NCBI GenBank assembly: GCA_045114235.1
Contig: JBGUKB010000140.1
Span: 1 to 57,659 of the forward strand
DNA length: 57,659 nt
From: Victivallales bacterium
GTDB taxonomy: Bacteria > Verrucomicrobiota > Lentisphaeria > Victivallales > UBA1829
Direction: 5' to 3'
Of the stretch, positions 46,830 through 57,659 are shown in pieces; the first letter of the stretch is position 1, and the number at the start of each line of letters is the position of its first letter. The position numbers and the translations under genes are program-made. The notes below the pieces were generated by a model, which saw only the letters and a list, made by a program, of their open reading frames with translations, did no database searches and was not told the DNA's origin.

Positions 46830-47369
46830 TCATGGTGTTGCGGATGGATCGGATTCCTGTTCGGCAAGCTCCTGCCGGATGATCTCGCACATTTCGAGCG
46901 CGTCTTTTCTCCGGCCGTACCGGTCCACGGGGTTTTCGGCGGCTTTCCGAAACCAGATAAGCGCCTCCCGTTTGTCCTGCGGCATGTGTTCCCCGGAATA
47001 CAGCATCATGGCGTAATCCCACTGGCACTCGATGTCTCCCAGCATCGCGCCCCGTTTGTAGAACCGGATGCCGAGGTCAAAATCCGCCTGCTCTCCGTCC
47101 CCATACCCGCCCGTCACGTACCGGGCTCCGAGCTGGTGCATGCTGTACGTATCCTTCAGGACAAACGCCTTCAACGCCTCGTTCAGGACCGAATTATCCT
47201 GTTCCAGCCGCTTGATCCGCTCCGCAAAGGCATTCAGACACTCCATCGCTTTCCTGTACGGAATCCGTTTCCGCCCGCGCGGTTTCATGCATTCGAGTCC
47301 GGCAATACAGTCCTCAAGACGCTTGTTTGTCTTGGTCTTGTATGTCTTCTTCCGATGTGATCGGCTCAT
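46830..47369 (-). CDS. Small cytoplasmic Sel1-repeat protein
   Basis: QLGARYVTG...FYKRGA; YAMMLYSGEHMPQDKREALIWFRKAAE. AAAGGA RBS. Confidence 0.8.
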   Translation of the reverse strand: MSRSHRKKTYKTKTNKRLEDCIAGLECMKPRGRKRIPYRKAMECLNAFAERIKRLEQDNSVLNEALKAFVLKDTYSMHQLGARYVTGGYGDGEQADFDLGIRFYKRGAMLGDIECQWDYAMMLYSGEHMPQDKREALIWFRKAAENPVDRYGRRKDALEMCEIIRQELAEQESDPSATP

Positions 47370-47488
47370 GGTTTCAGATCCTTTCACTGTGTTGGAGATG
47401 GAGGGGGATTTAGAAATCACAACTTTAATTATACCACTTTTTCTGATAAAAAACAAGGGCGAAAACCATTTGCGCCGGTCATGACTGC

Positions 47489-47929
47489 TCAGTGGATGCC
47501 GGTCGAACCGAATCCGCCGGCGTTCCGGTCGGTCTCGTTCAGCTCGACGGCGGGCGTCAGGACGACCTGCGGAAGCTCGGCGATCACCATCTGGGCGATG
47601 CGGTCGCCGCGGCGCACGGGGAACACGTTTTCCCCGGCGTTGAACAGGATCACGCAGACTTCGCCGCGGTATCCGGCGTCGATGGTGCCGGGCGTATTGA
47701 GCAGGGTCACGGCGTGCTTGAGCGCGAGTCCGCTGCGGGGGCGAATCTGCGCCTCATATCCGGCGGGCAGCTCGAGGAACAGCCCGGTCGGGATGAGCGT
47801 GACCTTGCCCGGCGCGGCCTCGACGTCCACGCGGCTTTTCAGGTCCCAGGCGGCGTCGTCCTCGTGGGCTTTCTTCGGGGCGAGGTCTTCCGCGCCCTCC
47901 TGCATTTTGAATCGGATTGTGATCGGCAT
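47489..47929 (-). CDS. dut: dUTP diphosphatase
   Basis: AAWDL, RPRSGLA, GTIDAGYRGE, RIAQ, RNAGGFGSTG. Confidence 0.98.
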   Translation of the reverse strand: MPITIRFKMQEGAEDLAPKKAHEDDAAWDLKSRVDVEAAPGKVTLIPTGLFLELPAGYEAQIRPRSGLALKHAVTLLNTPGTIDAGYRGEVCVILFNAGENVFPVRRGDRIAQMVIAELPQVVLTPAVELNETDRNAGGFGSTGIH

Positions 47930-47953
47930 AGGAAGGCTCCTTCCGGGTTATAG

Positions 47954-49198
47954 TCAGCTCTTCAGGTCGATGGAACGGCGGATGCCGTCCGCGATGAAAT
48001 TGAACGCGGTCACGCACAGGAAAATGGCGAGGCCGGGCCACAGCATCAGGTTCCAGTAGCTCAGCGGATCGGCGAACGCCTGTTTCAGCAGCTCGCCCCA
48101 GCTGGCGGACGGCGCCTGCACCCCGAATCCGAGGAAGCTCAGGCTGTTCTCCGCGAGGATGAATCCGGCGATACTGAACGCGAACGAGACGAAGATCGGG
48201 CCGGAGACGTTCGGCAGGAGATGCCGGAAGAGGATGCTGTGCAGGGGCACGCCGAGGCTTTCGCAGCTCTGGATGTACGCCATCTGGCGCGCCTTCAGCA
48301 CCTCGCCGCGCACCAGACGCGAGAGGCCGGGCCACCCGGTCATCCCCAGCACGAAGATCACCAGCAGGATCGACTGGCGCGCCCCGTAGTCCAGCATGAT
48401 CGACATCAGGATCAGGAGCAGCAGGAAGGTCGGGAAGCAGATCACGATCTCGACCAGACGCTGCACGGCGAGGTCGACGCGCCCGCCGCGGTACCCCGAG
48501 AAGAGCCCGATCATCGTGCCGAGCACAAGCTCGATCGCGGTCGCGAGGAATCCGACCGCCAGCGACACACGCGCCCCGTACGTCATGCGCGCGAAGACGT
48601 CGCGCCCAACATTATCCGTGCCGAACGGATGCTTTTTCGAGGGCATCGCGTAGGTGTCGGGCGACGTCTCGAACGGTCCGTACGGGACCGCCGCGAAGTA
48701 GTATTTCGATGCCGTGTCTTCAGCGGCGGCCTTCCGCCAGTCGAGCTGCGTCATCTGCGCTTTCGAGAGGCAGAACGGCACAGCGAGAAGAACCAGGACC
48801 ACGGCAAGCACGGACCAGAAGACGCGTTTGCGTTTCCGGAAGCAGCCGTACAAAATGAGCGTGGCGGGGATCGCGAGGAACAGCCAGTTGAACATCTTTT
48901 CCACGAAGACTTCCTGCGCGTCCGGGGCGAAGAAGTCGCGCAGCGCCGGACTCGAAAGCGTTCCGTCCGCCGCCACGATCAGAAGTGGTTTGCCGTTCAC
49001 GAAAAGCGGCGCGGCGACGGCGGCAAGGATCAGCAGGATCACGAAGACGAGACCCGCGACCGCGGTCTTCTCGCGGAAGAACCTGCGGACCATGAGCTGG
49101 CCGGGCGTCAGGTACGCCGCGGAATCCGTCTCTTCGGCGGAAACACGCGCCTGTTCCTGCGCCTGTTCGTTCAATTCTGCTGTCTCGTGCTGTTCCAT
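47954..49198 (-). CDS. Oligopeptide/nickel ABC permease (OppC/DppC type)
   Basis: HPFGTDNVGRDV, GARVSL, RHLLPN, ENSLSFLGFG, PSASWG. Confidence 0.93.
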   Translation of the reverse strand: MEQHETAELNEQAQEQARVSAEETDSAAYLTPGQLMVRRFFREKTAVAGLVFVILLILAAVAAPLFVNGKPLLIVAADGTLSSPALRDFFAPDAQEVFVEKMFNWLFLAIPATLILYGCFRKRKRVFWSVLAVVLVLLAVPFCLSKAQMTQLDWRKAAAEDTASKYYFAAVPYGPFETSPDTYAMPSKKHPFGTDNVGRDVFARMTYGARVSLAVGFLATAIELVLGTMIGLFSGYRGGRVDLAVQRLVEIVICFPTFLLLLILMSIMLDYGARQSILLVIFVLGMTGWPGLSRLVRGEVLKARQMAYIQSCESLGVPLHSILFRHLLPNVSGPIFVSFAFSIAGFILAENSLSFLGFGVQAPSASWGELLKQAFADPLSYWNLMLWPGLAIFLCVTAFNFIADGIRRSIDLKS

Positions 49199-49216
49199 CG
49201 CGGTTTTCAGCTTGGG

Positions 49217-51763
<2,547 letters not shown>

Positions 51764-51981
51764 GTTGTTTTCTCCCTGCAAATTGCCTTTTTCAGCTTTC
51801 CGTAGATGATTCGGGACGCGTCGCCGCGTCCCGGTCTGTCATTCTTTTCCGCCGCCTGTCCGGTTCAGTCCGTACGCCGGACAGGAACCCAAACACAGGC
51901 GGCATGCGTTGCGATTTGCCTTCCCGCCCGGACGGATTCGGTATCCGTCCCGCGCCGGGCTGCATCCCTGGCAAAACACCC

Positions 51982-52827
51982 TTATTTCGTGATAAAGTAG
52001 TTCGGGTTGTCCGAAATGTAACTTTCGAGCGTGTCGGGGTTCACGAAATAGTAGAACATGTCGAACGCCTCGGAAAGGTCCTTCGGCGCGGTGCTCTTCT
52101 GCATATCGAACGCATCGCCGACGGCGCTGACGTAGTTGATGATGGCGCACACACGACCGGTCTTCAGCATGTCCTGTTCGACGTAGGGCAGGCCGTTGTC
52201 GCTCATCAGGAGCATGTTGTTCTTGTGCGTGGCGTTGTTCTTCTTCACGAGGAACGTGATCTTCTTGAGGTCGGAGATCGAGCCGGGCAGGCCGACGAAA
52301 TTGACGACGACGTCGACCTTGTCGTAGACCTGGTCCAATTTCTTCTTCATGATCGTCGCGTCCGTGGGATCTTCCCGTTTCTCCTCGCCGGTCTTCTTGT
52401 CGATGCCGGTCTCGCCGACGACGAGCACGTCTTCGCACGAAACGCCTTTCTCGGAGAGGCGGTTCTGAAGCTCCTGAAGGACGATGTAGTTTTCGGATTC
52501 GCTGTTGCCGTAGGTCTCTTCATCGATCAGGAAAGCCGCGCTGCCTTCCTCCGGGAAACGCTCCGCGATATACGACGCGGCCTTTTCCGCCTTCGCATTC
52601 AGAAAGACGCGGGCGTTCTTCGCCAGACGGGCGTCCTCGGATTTCGCGCCGGACACGAAGAAGCTGCCGGCGACGGAGCCGAACACGATGACCGCGCCGA
52701 GCCCCATGATGATGCGGGCGTTGGATTTTGTGTTCAGGTTCTTAATTCCCCAGACCATCACGATAAAGCCCACCGCCATCGCGAGATAAACTGCCAGGAC
52801 TGTAGGTTCGACGTCTGCTAAGATCAT
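51982..52827 (-). CDS. Hypothetical protein, two N-terminal TMs and alpha/beta periplasmic domain
   Basis: AGGAG RBS; host-like codons; DVVVNFVGLP strand suggests a periplasmic-binding-like fold (uncertain). Confidence 0.75.
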   Translation of the reverse strand: MILADVEPTVLAVYLAMAVGFIVMVWGIKNLNTKSNARIIMGLGAVIVFGSVAGSFFVSGAKSEDARLAKNARVFLNAKAEKAASYIAERFPEEGSAAFLIDEETYGNSESENYIVLQELQNRLSEKGVSCEDVLVVGETGIDKKTGEEKREDPTDATIMKKKLDQVYDKVDVVVNFVGLPGSISDLKKITFLVKKNNATHKNNMLLMSDNGLPYVEQDMLKTGRVCAIINYVSAVGDAFDMQKSTAPKDLSEAFDMFYYFVNPDTLESYISDNPNYFITK

Positions 52828-52906
52828 TGTCTGACTCCTTATACGGGGTTTCGGGGCGCGCGCACGGCGCACCGGTTGTTTTCGTTAAAAAAAATCATAC
52901 ATGAGC

Positions 52907-52934
52907 AATATATCATACTTTTGGCCGCTTTCAA
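52907..52934 (-). promoter_or_regulatory. Sigma70-type promoter
   Basis: TTGAAA-16nt-TATATT with extended -10 TG. Confidence 0.6.
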
Positions 52935-53070
52935 CCTCTTTTTTCTATTTTCTAGAAATTTCTAGAAAAAAAGAGGGCAGACGCACCGGAAAAACGGGGC
53001 ATTTTCCCGCAAGCCGTGAGAATCCGTCCCCCCGGATCCTCAAAATATGGGCTCTGCCGGAAGCTTCGGA

Positions 53071-54558
53071 TTACGGCTTCGGGAGCGAAGCTTCATCCGC
53101 CGACTCGGACGCGGAGTCTTCCGCGGAATCCCCGGAAACCGGTTCGGATTCTTCCGCAGGTTCTTCCTCCGCGGGAACCGTCGCCTCTTCAGATGTCTCT
53201 CCCATAACGGAAGCAGGAGTTTCCTCCGACGGTTCCTCTTCCGCAACGGATCCTTCCGAAGGAGCCGGGGCGTCTTCAACGGGAGCAGGAGCTTCCTCCG
53301 AAGCCGGTTCTCCGGTGCAGGCACTTTCCTCCGCGGCGGATTCCCCTTCCGAGGCAGATTCTTCCTGTGTGGCGGATTCCTCCTGTGCGGCGGGCTTTTC
53401 CTCCTCGGCTGCCTTTTTCTGAGAGAGGTCCTCGAAAGGCGTCAGGAACGGCTGCCATTCGGAAGGAATGCCGGTGAAGAAGAACGCGGGAGGCAGAGAG
53501 TACAAAGGATCGGTCTTCCGGGGCGGTTTCCGCATCATGAAAACTTCCATCATCTCCCCGTCCAGGCCGAAATAGCGCGCTTCAAGCTGCAGGATCACGG
53601 GATAAATGCCGCACATCCGGTAGACAAGCTCCGGGAAATCCCTGCCGTAGTCCCACGTGACGAGCGCGCCCTTGTCGTCGACCGGATTGCCGTGGTAGAC
53701 CGCCTTCGAATAGAGCCGGACCGAACCGTCTTCCAGGCGTCTGGCCCGGCAGAACGATTTCGGCAGGTCCTTGTAGTACGGCACGGTGAAAAGATAGAAA
53801 CCTCCGGGCCTCAGGACGCGCATTATCTCGTTGAACGCGGCCGGAACATCGAAAATATGCTCCATGACGTCCTGTGTGATGAACACGTCGAACACATTGT
53901 CCGGATACGACATGTTCTCCAGGTCCTCGCAGATCGCCCCTTCCGGCCCCATATAGCCGGACGGCAGATCGGGATAGTATTGCGAAATCGAGTAATGCTT
54001 CGCGTTCCGGAAAAGGAAATCGGAGGAGGGTCCGCCGGGCGAGGATTCGTGCATGCAGGCGGTCCGCCAGTTCGGACAGCACATCTTCAGGGCATGCAGG
54101 AACGCCCTCTGTCTCGGCAGGGACTTGCACCCCGTACAAAGGAAATGATCCCGCAGGAATTCCCCGTCGATGCGGAAATCGACTTCCTTTTCGCAGATGT
54201 CACAATATCCATGCTCGATTTGAACATCGGAATCAGGGTCTTCCGTCAAACCGGATGAATCGTCGGGGGCTTCCTTCTCCTGGATCGTCTCCGAATCATC
54301 GGGAGCTTCCGGTTCCGACGGCTCCGGCAGGTCGGCGGCCACCTCCGGCGAACCGGCAACAACCTCAGGATCGGCGGCCACCTCCGGCGAATCGGCCACG
54401 GCCTCAGGATCGGCGGGAATCTCCGCCTCATCCTGCACTTCGGCGTTCTCTTCCGCCGCCGAATCCGCCGGTTCTTCCGGCAAATCCGCCGCTATCGTCC
54501 CGTCCGGGAGAGTCCCGCATCCGTTTTTCGCTTCTGTTTCCGGTTCTTTCTGTTCCAT
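53071..54558 (-). CDS. Class I SAM-dependent methyltransferase with Zn-ribbon and acidic disordered termini
   Basis: CDIC...CTGC..PRQR; EDLENMSYPDNVFDVFITQDVMEHI, RVLRPGG. Confidence 0.88.
   Translation of the reverse strand: MEQKEPETEAKNGCGTLPDGTIAADLPEEPADSAAEENAEVQDEAEIPADPEAVADSPEVAADPEVVAGSPEVAADLPEPSEPEAPDDSETIQEKEAPDDSSGLTEDPDSDVQIEHGYCDICEKEVDFRIDGEFLRDHFLCTGCKSLPRQRAFLHALKMCCPNWRTACMHESSPGGPSSDFLFRNAKHYSISQYYPDLPSGYMGPEGAICEDLENMSYPDNVFDVFITQDVMEHIFDVPAAFNEIMRVLRPGGFYLFTVPYYKDLPKSFCRARRLEDGSVRLYSKAVYHGNPVDDKGALVTWDYGRDFPELVYRMCGIYPVILQLEARYFGLDGEMMEVFMMRKPPRKTDPLYSLPPAFFFTGIPSEWQPFLTPFEDLSQKKAAEEEKPAAQEESATQEESASEGESAAEESACTGEPASEEAPAPVEDAPAPSEGSVAEEEPSEETPASVMGETSEEATVPAEEEPAEESEPVSGDSAEDSASESADEASLPKP
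54332..54417 (-). repeat. 39-bp coding tandem repeat, about 2.3 copies
   Basis: TCGGCGGCCACCTCCGGCGAA at 54332 and 54371 (ADPExVAxSPEVA). Confidence 0.85.
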
Positions 54559-54745
54559 ACCGATTCTCCGAAAAGGATTCCGCAGAAGGCATAAATCGAA
54601 ACAATGCCCGCCGGGATCACAAGTTCATACTAACTATATCACGCATTCCCGAATATGCAAGCAGAAACAAGGAAATAAACTGTTTTATTTCCGGCGATCC
54701 CTTTCCGATGGTCCCCCATTTTCTCCAATTGCGTTTTTATGGCGC

Positions 54746-54773
54746 TTGACAAACATCTTTTTTATGCTATCTT
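54746..54773 (+). promoter_or_regulatory. Sigma70-type promoter (divergent from the methyltransferase promoter at 54633-54660)
   Basis: TTGACA-16nt-TATCTT with extended -10 TG; minus strand has TTGCAT-16nt-TATAGT. Confidence 0.6.
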
Positions 54774-54805
54774 AAAACATATCAGGCAACTGCAAGGATA
54801 CGAAC

Positions 54806-55789
54806 ATGAACATTTCCAGCAGGACATTCGCGATCCGCATCGCGGTTTCCGCGGCGGCGTTTTTCGCCGCTGCGTGTTTCGCGCAGGAATCGGACGCCCC
54901 AGCAGGGGAACGGGGAAACGGACTTCAGCGCACGGCTGACCTCGTAAACCTGATGCGCGCGGTCTTTGCGCCGGACCAGGCTCCGGTCCTTGTCTCGCCC
55001 GCGGAACGCGCCGTCGCCGAAAAGCAGGCTTCGCAGGGCGCATCCCCCGTCGTGACGACCGCCCCCGTCGTCATCATGCCGGACATCGTCGTCCCGGAAT
55101 CCGATGCCGGCGAACCGGATGAAGCCGACACGGACACGGACGATCCGCCTCAGCCGGTCGCGACAGCATCCCGGAAACAAGACTCCGGCGAAGCGGATCC
55201 CGACACATATCCGCCGTTCCGCTACGCATTCTTCTTCGGCGAATACGTCCCGTATTACGAAGGATGGTTCTACTATTCCGATGGATGGATCTGGGGCAGA
55301 CGAGGCGTGATTCCGCTCGATCCCCCCGGCTGGATCCCGCCTCCGCGCCCCCTCGATCCGGGATTCCCATTCCCCGGCATCGGCCCCGAACCGCGCCCGG
55401 GAACCGCCGGAAACGGCGGCGGGTCCTCCTCGGGAACGACCGGACGCGTCGCGGCATCCTCTTCCGCACAGCGGACCGTCCGCACGAACGAGCCGGGCAA
55501 CACGATCCCCGTCGTGCCGGACCGCCACCGCGTCCCGCGCAAAGTCGAAACGGGGATCGATTTCCCGGCAAAAAACAGCAATATCCCGATCGCGGCGGGA
55601 CAGCATCGCCTTCCGCGCGAAAACAACACTCAAATCGATTTCCCGGCAAAAAACGACAGCATCCCGATCGCGCCGAGCTCGCACCGAATCCCGGCAAAGG
55701 CCAACAATCAGAACCTTTTCCCGAGCAAAAACGAACAGATACCGGTCGCGCCCGGAGCGCACCGCATCCCGCGCAAAAAAGACCGCTGA
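54806..55789 (+). CDS. Secreted Pro-rich hypothetical protein with 26-aa C-terminal repeats
   Basis: AAGGA RBS, signal peptide ending CFA, aromatic core, repeated IPxxxxxHRxP. Confidence 0.75.
   Translation: MNISSRTFAIRIAVSAAAFFAAACFAQESDAPAGERGNGLQRTADLVNLMRAVFAPDQAPVLVSPAERAVAEKQASQGASPVVTTAPVVIMPDIVVPESDAGEPDEADTDTDDPPQPVATASRKQDSGEADPDTYPPFRYAFFFGEYVPYYEGWFYYSDGWIWGRRGVIPLDPPGWIPPPRPLDPGFPFPGIGPEPRPGTAGNGGGSSSGTTGRVAASSSAQRTVRTNEPGNTIPVVPDRHRVPRKVETGIDFPAKNSNIPIAAGQHRLPRENNTQIDFPAKNDSIPIAPSSHRIPAKANNQNLFPSKNEQIPVAPGAHRIPRKKDR
55499..55780 (+). repeat. 78-bp (26-aa) coding tandem repeat, about 3.6 copies
   Basis: Exact 21-mer ATCGATTTCCCGGCAAAAAAC at 55556 and 55634. Confidence 0.85.
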
Positions 55790-55816
55790 CCCTCTCCGTC
55801 TGAACTTGGATTATTT

Positions 55817-55840
55817 CCGTTCAAACGACACGTTGAACGG
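55817..55840. terminator. Hairpin between convergent genes
   Basis: CCGTTCAA-N8-TTGAACGG. Confidence 0.45.
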
Positions 55841-55848
55841 GGGAAACC

Positions 55849-56694
55849 TCAGAATTCGCTCTTCATGAACTCGGCGAGGGCGTCGCGCCAATCCGGCATC
55901 GGGGGGAGCCCGGCGAGGCGGAGCATCATCTTGTCGAGGCGGGAGTTTTTCGGACGCGGAGCGGGACGAGGGAATTCATCGGTCGTGCAGGGAGAAACCG
56001 CCTGCGTTTTTCCGGCGAGACGGAATATCTCCTGCGCGAATTCGAACCAGGTGGCCTCGCCTTCGCAGGTGAGGTGGAACGTGCCGACGAGACCGGGTTT
56101 CGCGAGGATGTTGCGAAGCTGGCGCGCCACAGCGGTCGTCGAGGTCGGGTTGCCGTGTTGGTCCGCCACGACCTTCAGCATCGGGCGCGTGCCGTCGGCG
56201 AGCGACATCATCGCATGGACGAAGCTCGGTCCGCCGTGCCCGTAGAGCCAGGAGATGCGGCAGATCACGTGGTTCGGGCAGTGCGTCCGAACGGCTTCCT
56301 CGCCTGCGAACTTGCTCTTGCCGTAAACCGTGTTGCCGCCGGTCGCCCGGTCGAATTCGTTGTATGGGCGGCCGGAATCGCCGTCGAACACATAATCCGT
56401 GGAAATGGCGATGAGGCGCACGCCGTGCCGGTGGCAGGCGGCGGCGACGTTCGCCGTGCCGAACGCGTTCAGCCTGTATGCAAACTCGATCTCGCTCTCG
56501 CACTTGTCGACCGCGGTCATGGCGGCGCAGTGGATCACTGCGTCGGGCTTATTATCAGCTAAAAACTTGTCGAATCCCGCGGCATCGGTGATGTCCGCCT
56601 CGGGCAGATCGGCGATCACGATCTCGCAGTCCTTGAACTCATTCTGGAGCGTGCGTCCGAGCATGCCCTTGCCGCCGGTGATGAGGAGTTTCAT
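55849..56694 (-). CDS. rfbD: dTDP-4-dehydrorhamnose reductase
   Basis: ITGGKGMLG, HCAAMTAVD, STDYVFDG, YGKSK, RPAPRP. Confidence 0.97.
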   Translation of the reverse strand: MKLLITGGKGMLGRTLQNEFKDCEIVIADLPEADITDAAGFDKFLADNKPDAVIHCAAMTAVDKCESEIEFAYRLNAFGTANVAAACHRHGVRLIAISTDYVFDGDSGRPYNEFDRATGGNTVYGKSKFAGEEAVRTHCPNHVICRISWLYGHGGPSFVHAMMSLADGTRPMLKVVADQHGNPTSTTAVARQLRNILAKPGLVGTFHLTCEGEATWFEFAQEIFRLAGKTQAVSPCTTDEFPRPAPRPKNSRLDKMMLRLAGLPPMPDWRDALAEFMKSEF

Positions 56695-57248
56695 CGCACT
56701 TCCTCCCACGGTTCGATCTGCGCGAGCAGCGGGTGTTTTTTGTCCTTTTCGGAAAGAAGCATTTTTCCGGCATCAATGCGCCAGTCGATGGCAAGGTCCG
56801 GGTCGTTGAAGATGATGCCGCGTTCGGCGGACGGCATATAGACGTTGTCGCATTTATAGGAGAAAATCGCCTCGTCGCTGAGCACGACAAAACCGTGCGC
56901 GAATCCGCGCGGGATGTACAGCTGGCGCTTGTTTTCGGCGGAGAGCTCGACCGCGACGTGTTTGCCGTAGGTCGGCGAGCCCTTGCGGATATCGACAGCC
57001 ACGTCCAGCACGGCGCCGACGATCGCGCGGACGATCTTCGCCTGCGTGTACGGCGCGGCCTGGTAATGCAATCCGCGAAGCACACCGAAGCACGATTTGG
57101 ATTCGTTGTCCTGGACCCATTTATTCGTAATGCCGGCAGCCTCATATGCCGCCTGATTCCAGGATTCGAAGAAGTATCCGCGTGCGTCGCCGAAGACTTT
57201 CGGCTCCACGATGAGCACGCCGGGGAGTGCGGTTTCAATGATGTTCAT
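56691..57248 (-). CDS. rfbC: dTDP-4-dehydrorhamnose 3,5-epimerase
   Basis: [33 protein letters not shown]. Confidence 0.98.
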   Translation of the reverse strand: MNIIETALPGVLIVEPKVFGDARGYFFESWNQAAYEAAGITNKWVQDNESKSCFGVLRGLHYQAAPYTQAKIVRAIVGAVLDVAVDIRKGSPTYGKHVAVELSAENKRQLYIPRGFAHGFVVLSDEAIFSYKCDNVYMPSAERGIIFNDPDLAIDWRIDAGKMLLSEKDKKHPLLAQIEPWEEVR

Positions 57249-57659
57249 TCGTCAATCAACCTCAGAAGATATTGTCCGTATTCGGTTTTGAGCATGTCTT
57301 TCACGCTTTCGCGGATGTCGTCCTTCGTCATCCAGCCGTTTTCGTAGGCGATCTCCTGCAGACAGGCGATCTGGAGGCCCTGGCGCGTTTCGACCGTGCG
57401 AATGAAGTTCGCCGCGTCGAGCATGCTGTCGTGCGTGCCGGTGTCGAGCCAGGCATAACCGCGCTTGAAGATCTCCACGTGGAGCTGGCCCCGGCTCAGG
57501 TATTCATTGTTGACCGCCGTGATCTCGAGCTCGCCGCGTGCGGACGGCTTGATGCTTTTCGCGATGTTCACCACGTCGTTGTCGTAGAAGTACAGCCCGG
57601 TCACGGCGTAGTTCGATTTCGGCTTAGCGGGTTTCTCCTCAATGGAGATCGCCTTGCCC
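57245..57659 (-). CDS. rfbA: Glucose-1-phosphate thymidylyltransferase, C-terminal part
   Basis: [42 protein letters not shown]. Confidence 0.97.
   Translation of the reverse strand, partial: GKAISIEEKPAKPKSNYAVTGLYFYDNDVVNIAKSIKPSARGELEITAVNNEYLSRGQLHVEIFKRGYAWLDTGTHDSMLDAANFIRTVETRQGLQIACLQEIAYENGWMTKDDIRESVKDMLKTEYGQYLLRLIDE

Overview
High-GC chromosomal segment from a PVC-superphylum bacterium. The L28 protein has the PVC-type GLAKKKGGIG insert; Lentisphaerae/Victivallales-like is my inference. About 44 protein-coding genes. Housekeeping: alaS (partial), PurN-like formyltransferase, rpmB, fmt, RNase E/G, dut, clpC, rmlA (partial)/rmlC/rmlD. Envelope: a co-oriented operon (secreted TolA-like repeat protein, two permeases, GldA/F/G-like ABC system, DUF4340 protein, amidase), an RND pair, an M16 peptidase and an ArnT-like glycosyltransferase. 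A visibly lower-GC Wza/Wzc/Wzy polysaccharide locus is headed by a STAS protein. Other genes include a LexA-like repressor, an FGE-domain/M6-protease fusion, a BRO-N/Fic islet, Sel1-repeat proteins and several repeat-rich hypotheticals. I could not support any tRNA, rRNA, CRISPR array, integrase or transposase. Best leads: (i) intact ORFs lacking catalytic residues (LexA without Ala-Gly and Ser; RND without the TM4 Asp pair; a doubly degenerate NDP-sugar-synthase/PGT fusion and a Wzc pseudokinase beside STAS); (ii) the ABC-plus-amidase envelope operon. All domain calls come from motif recognition by eye, not database searches.
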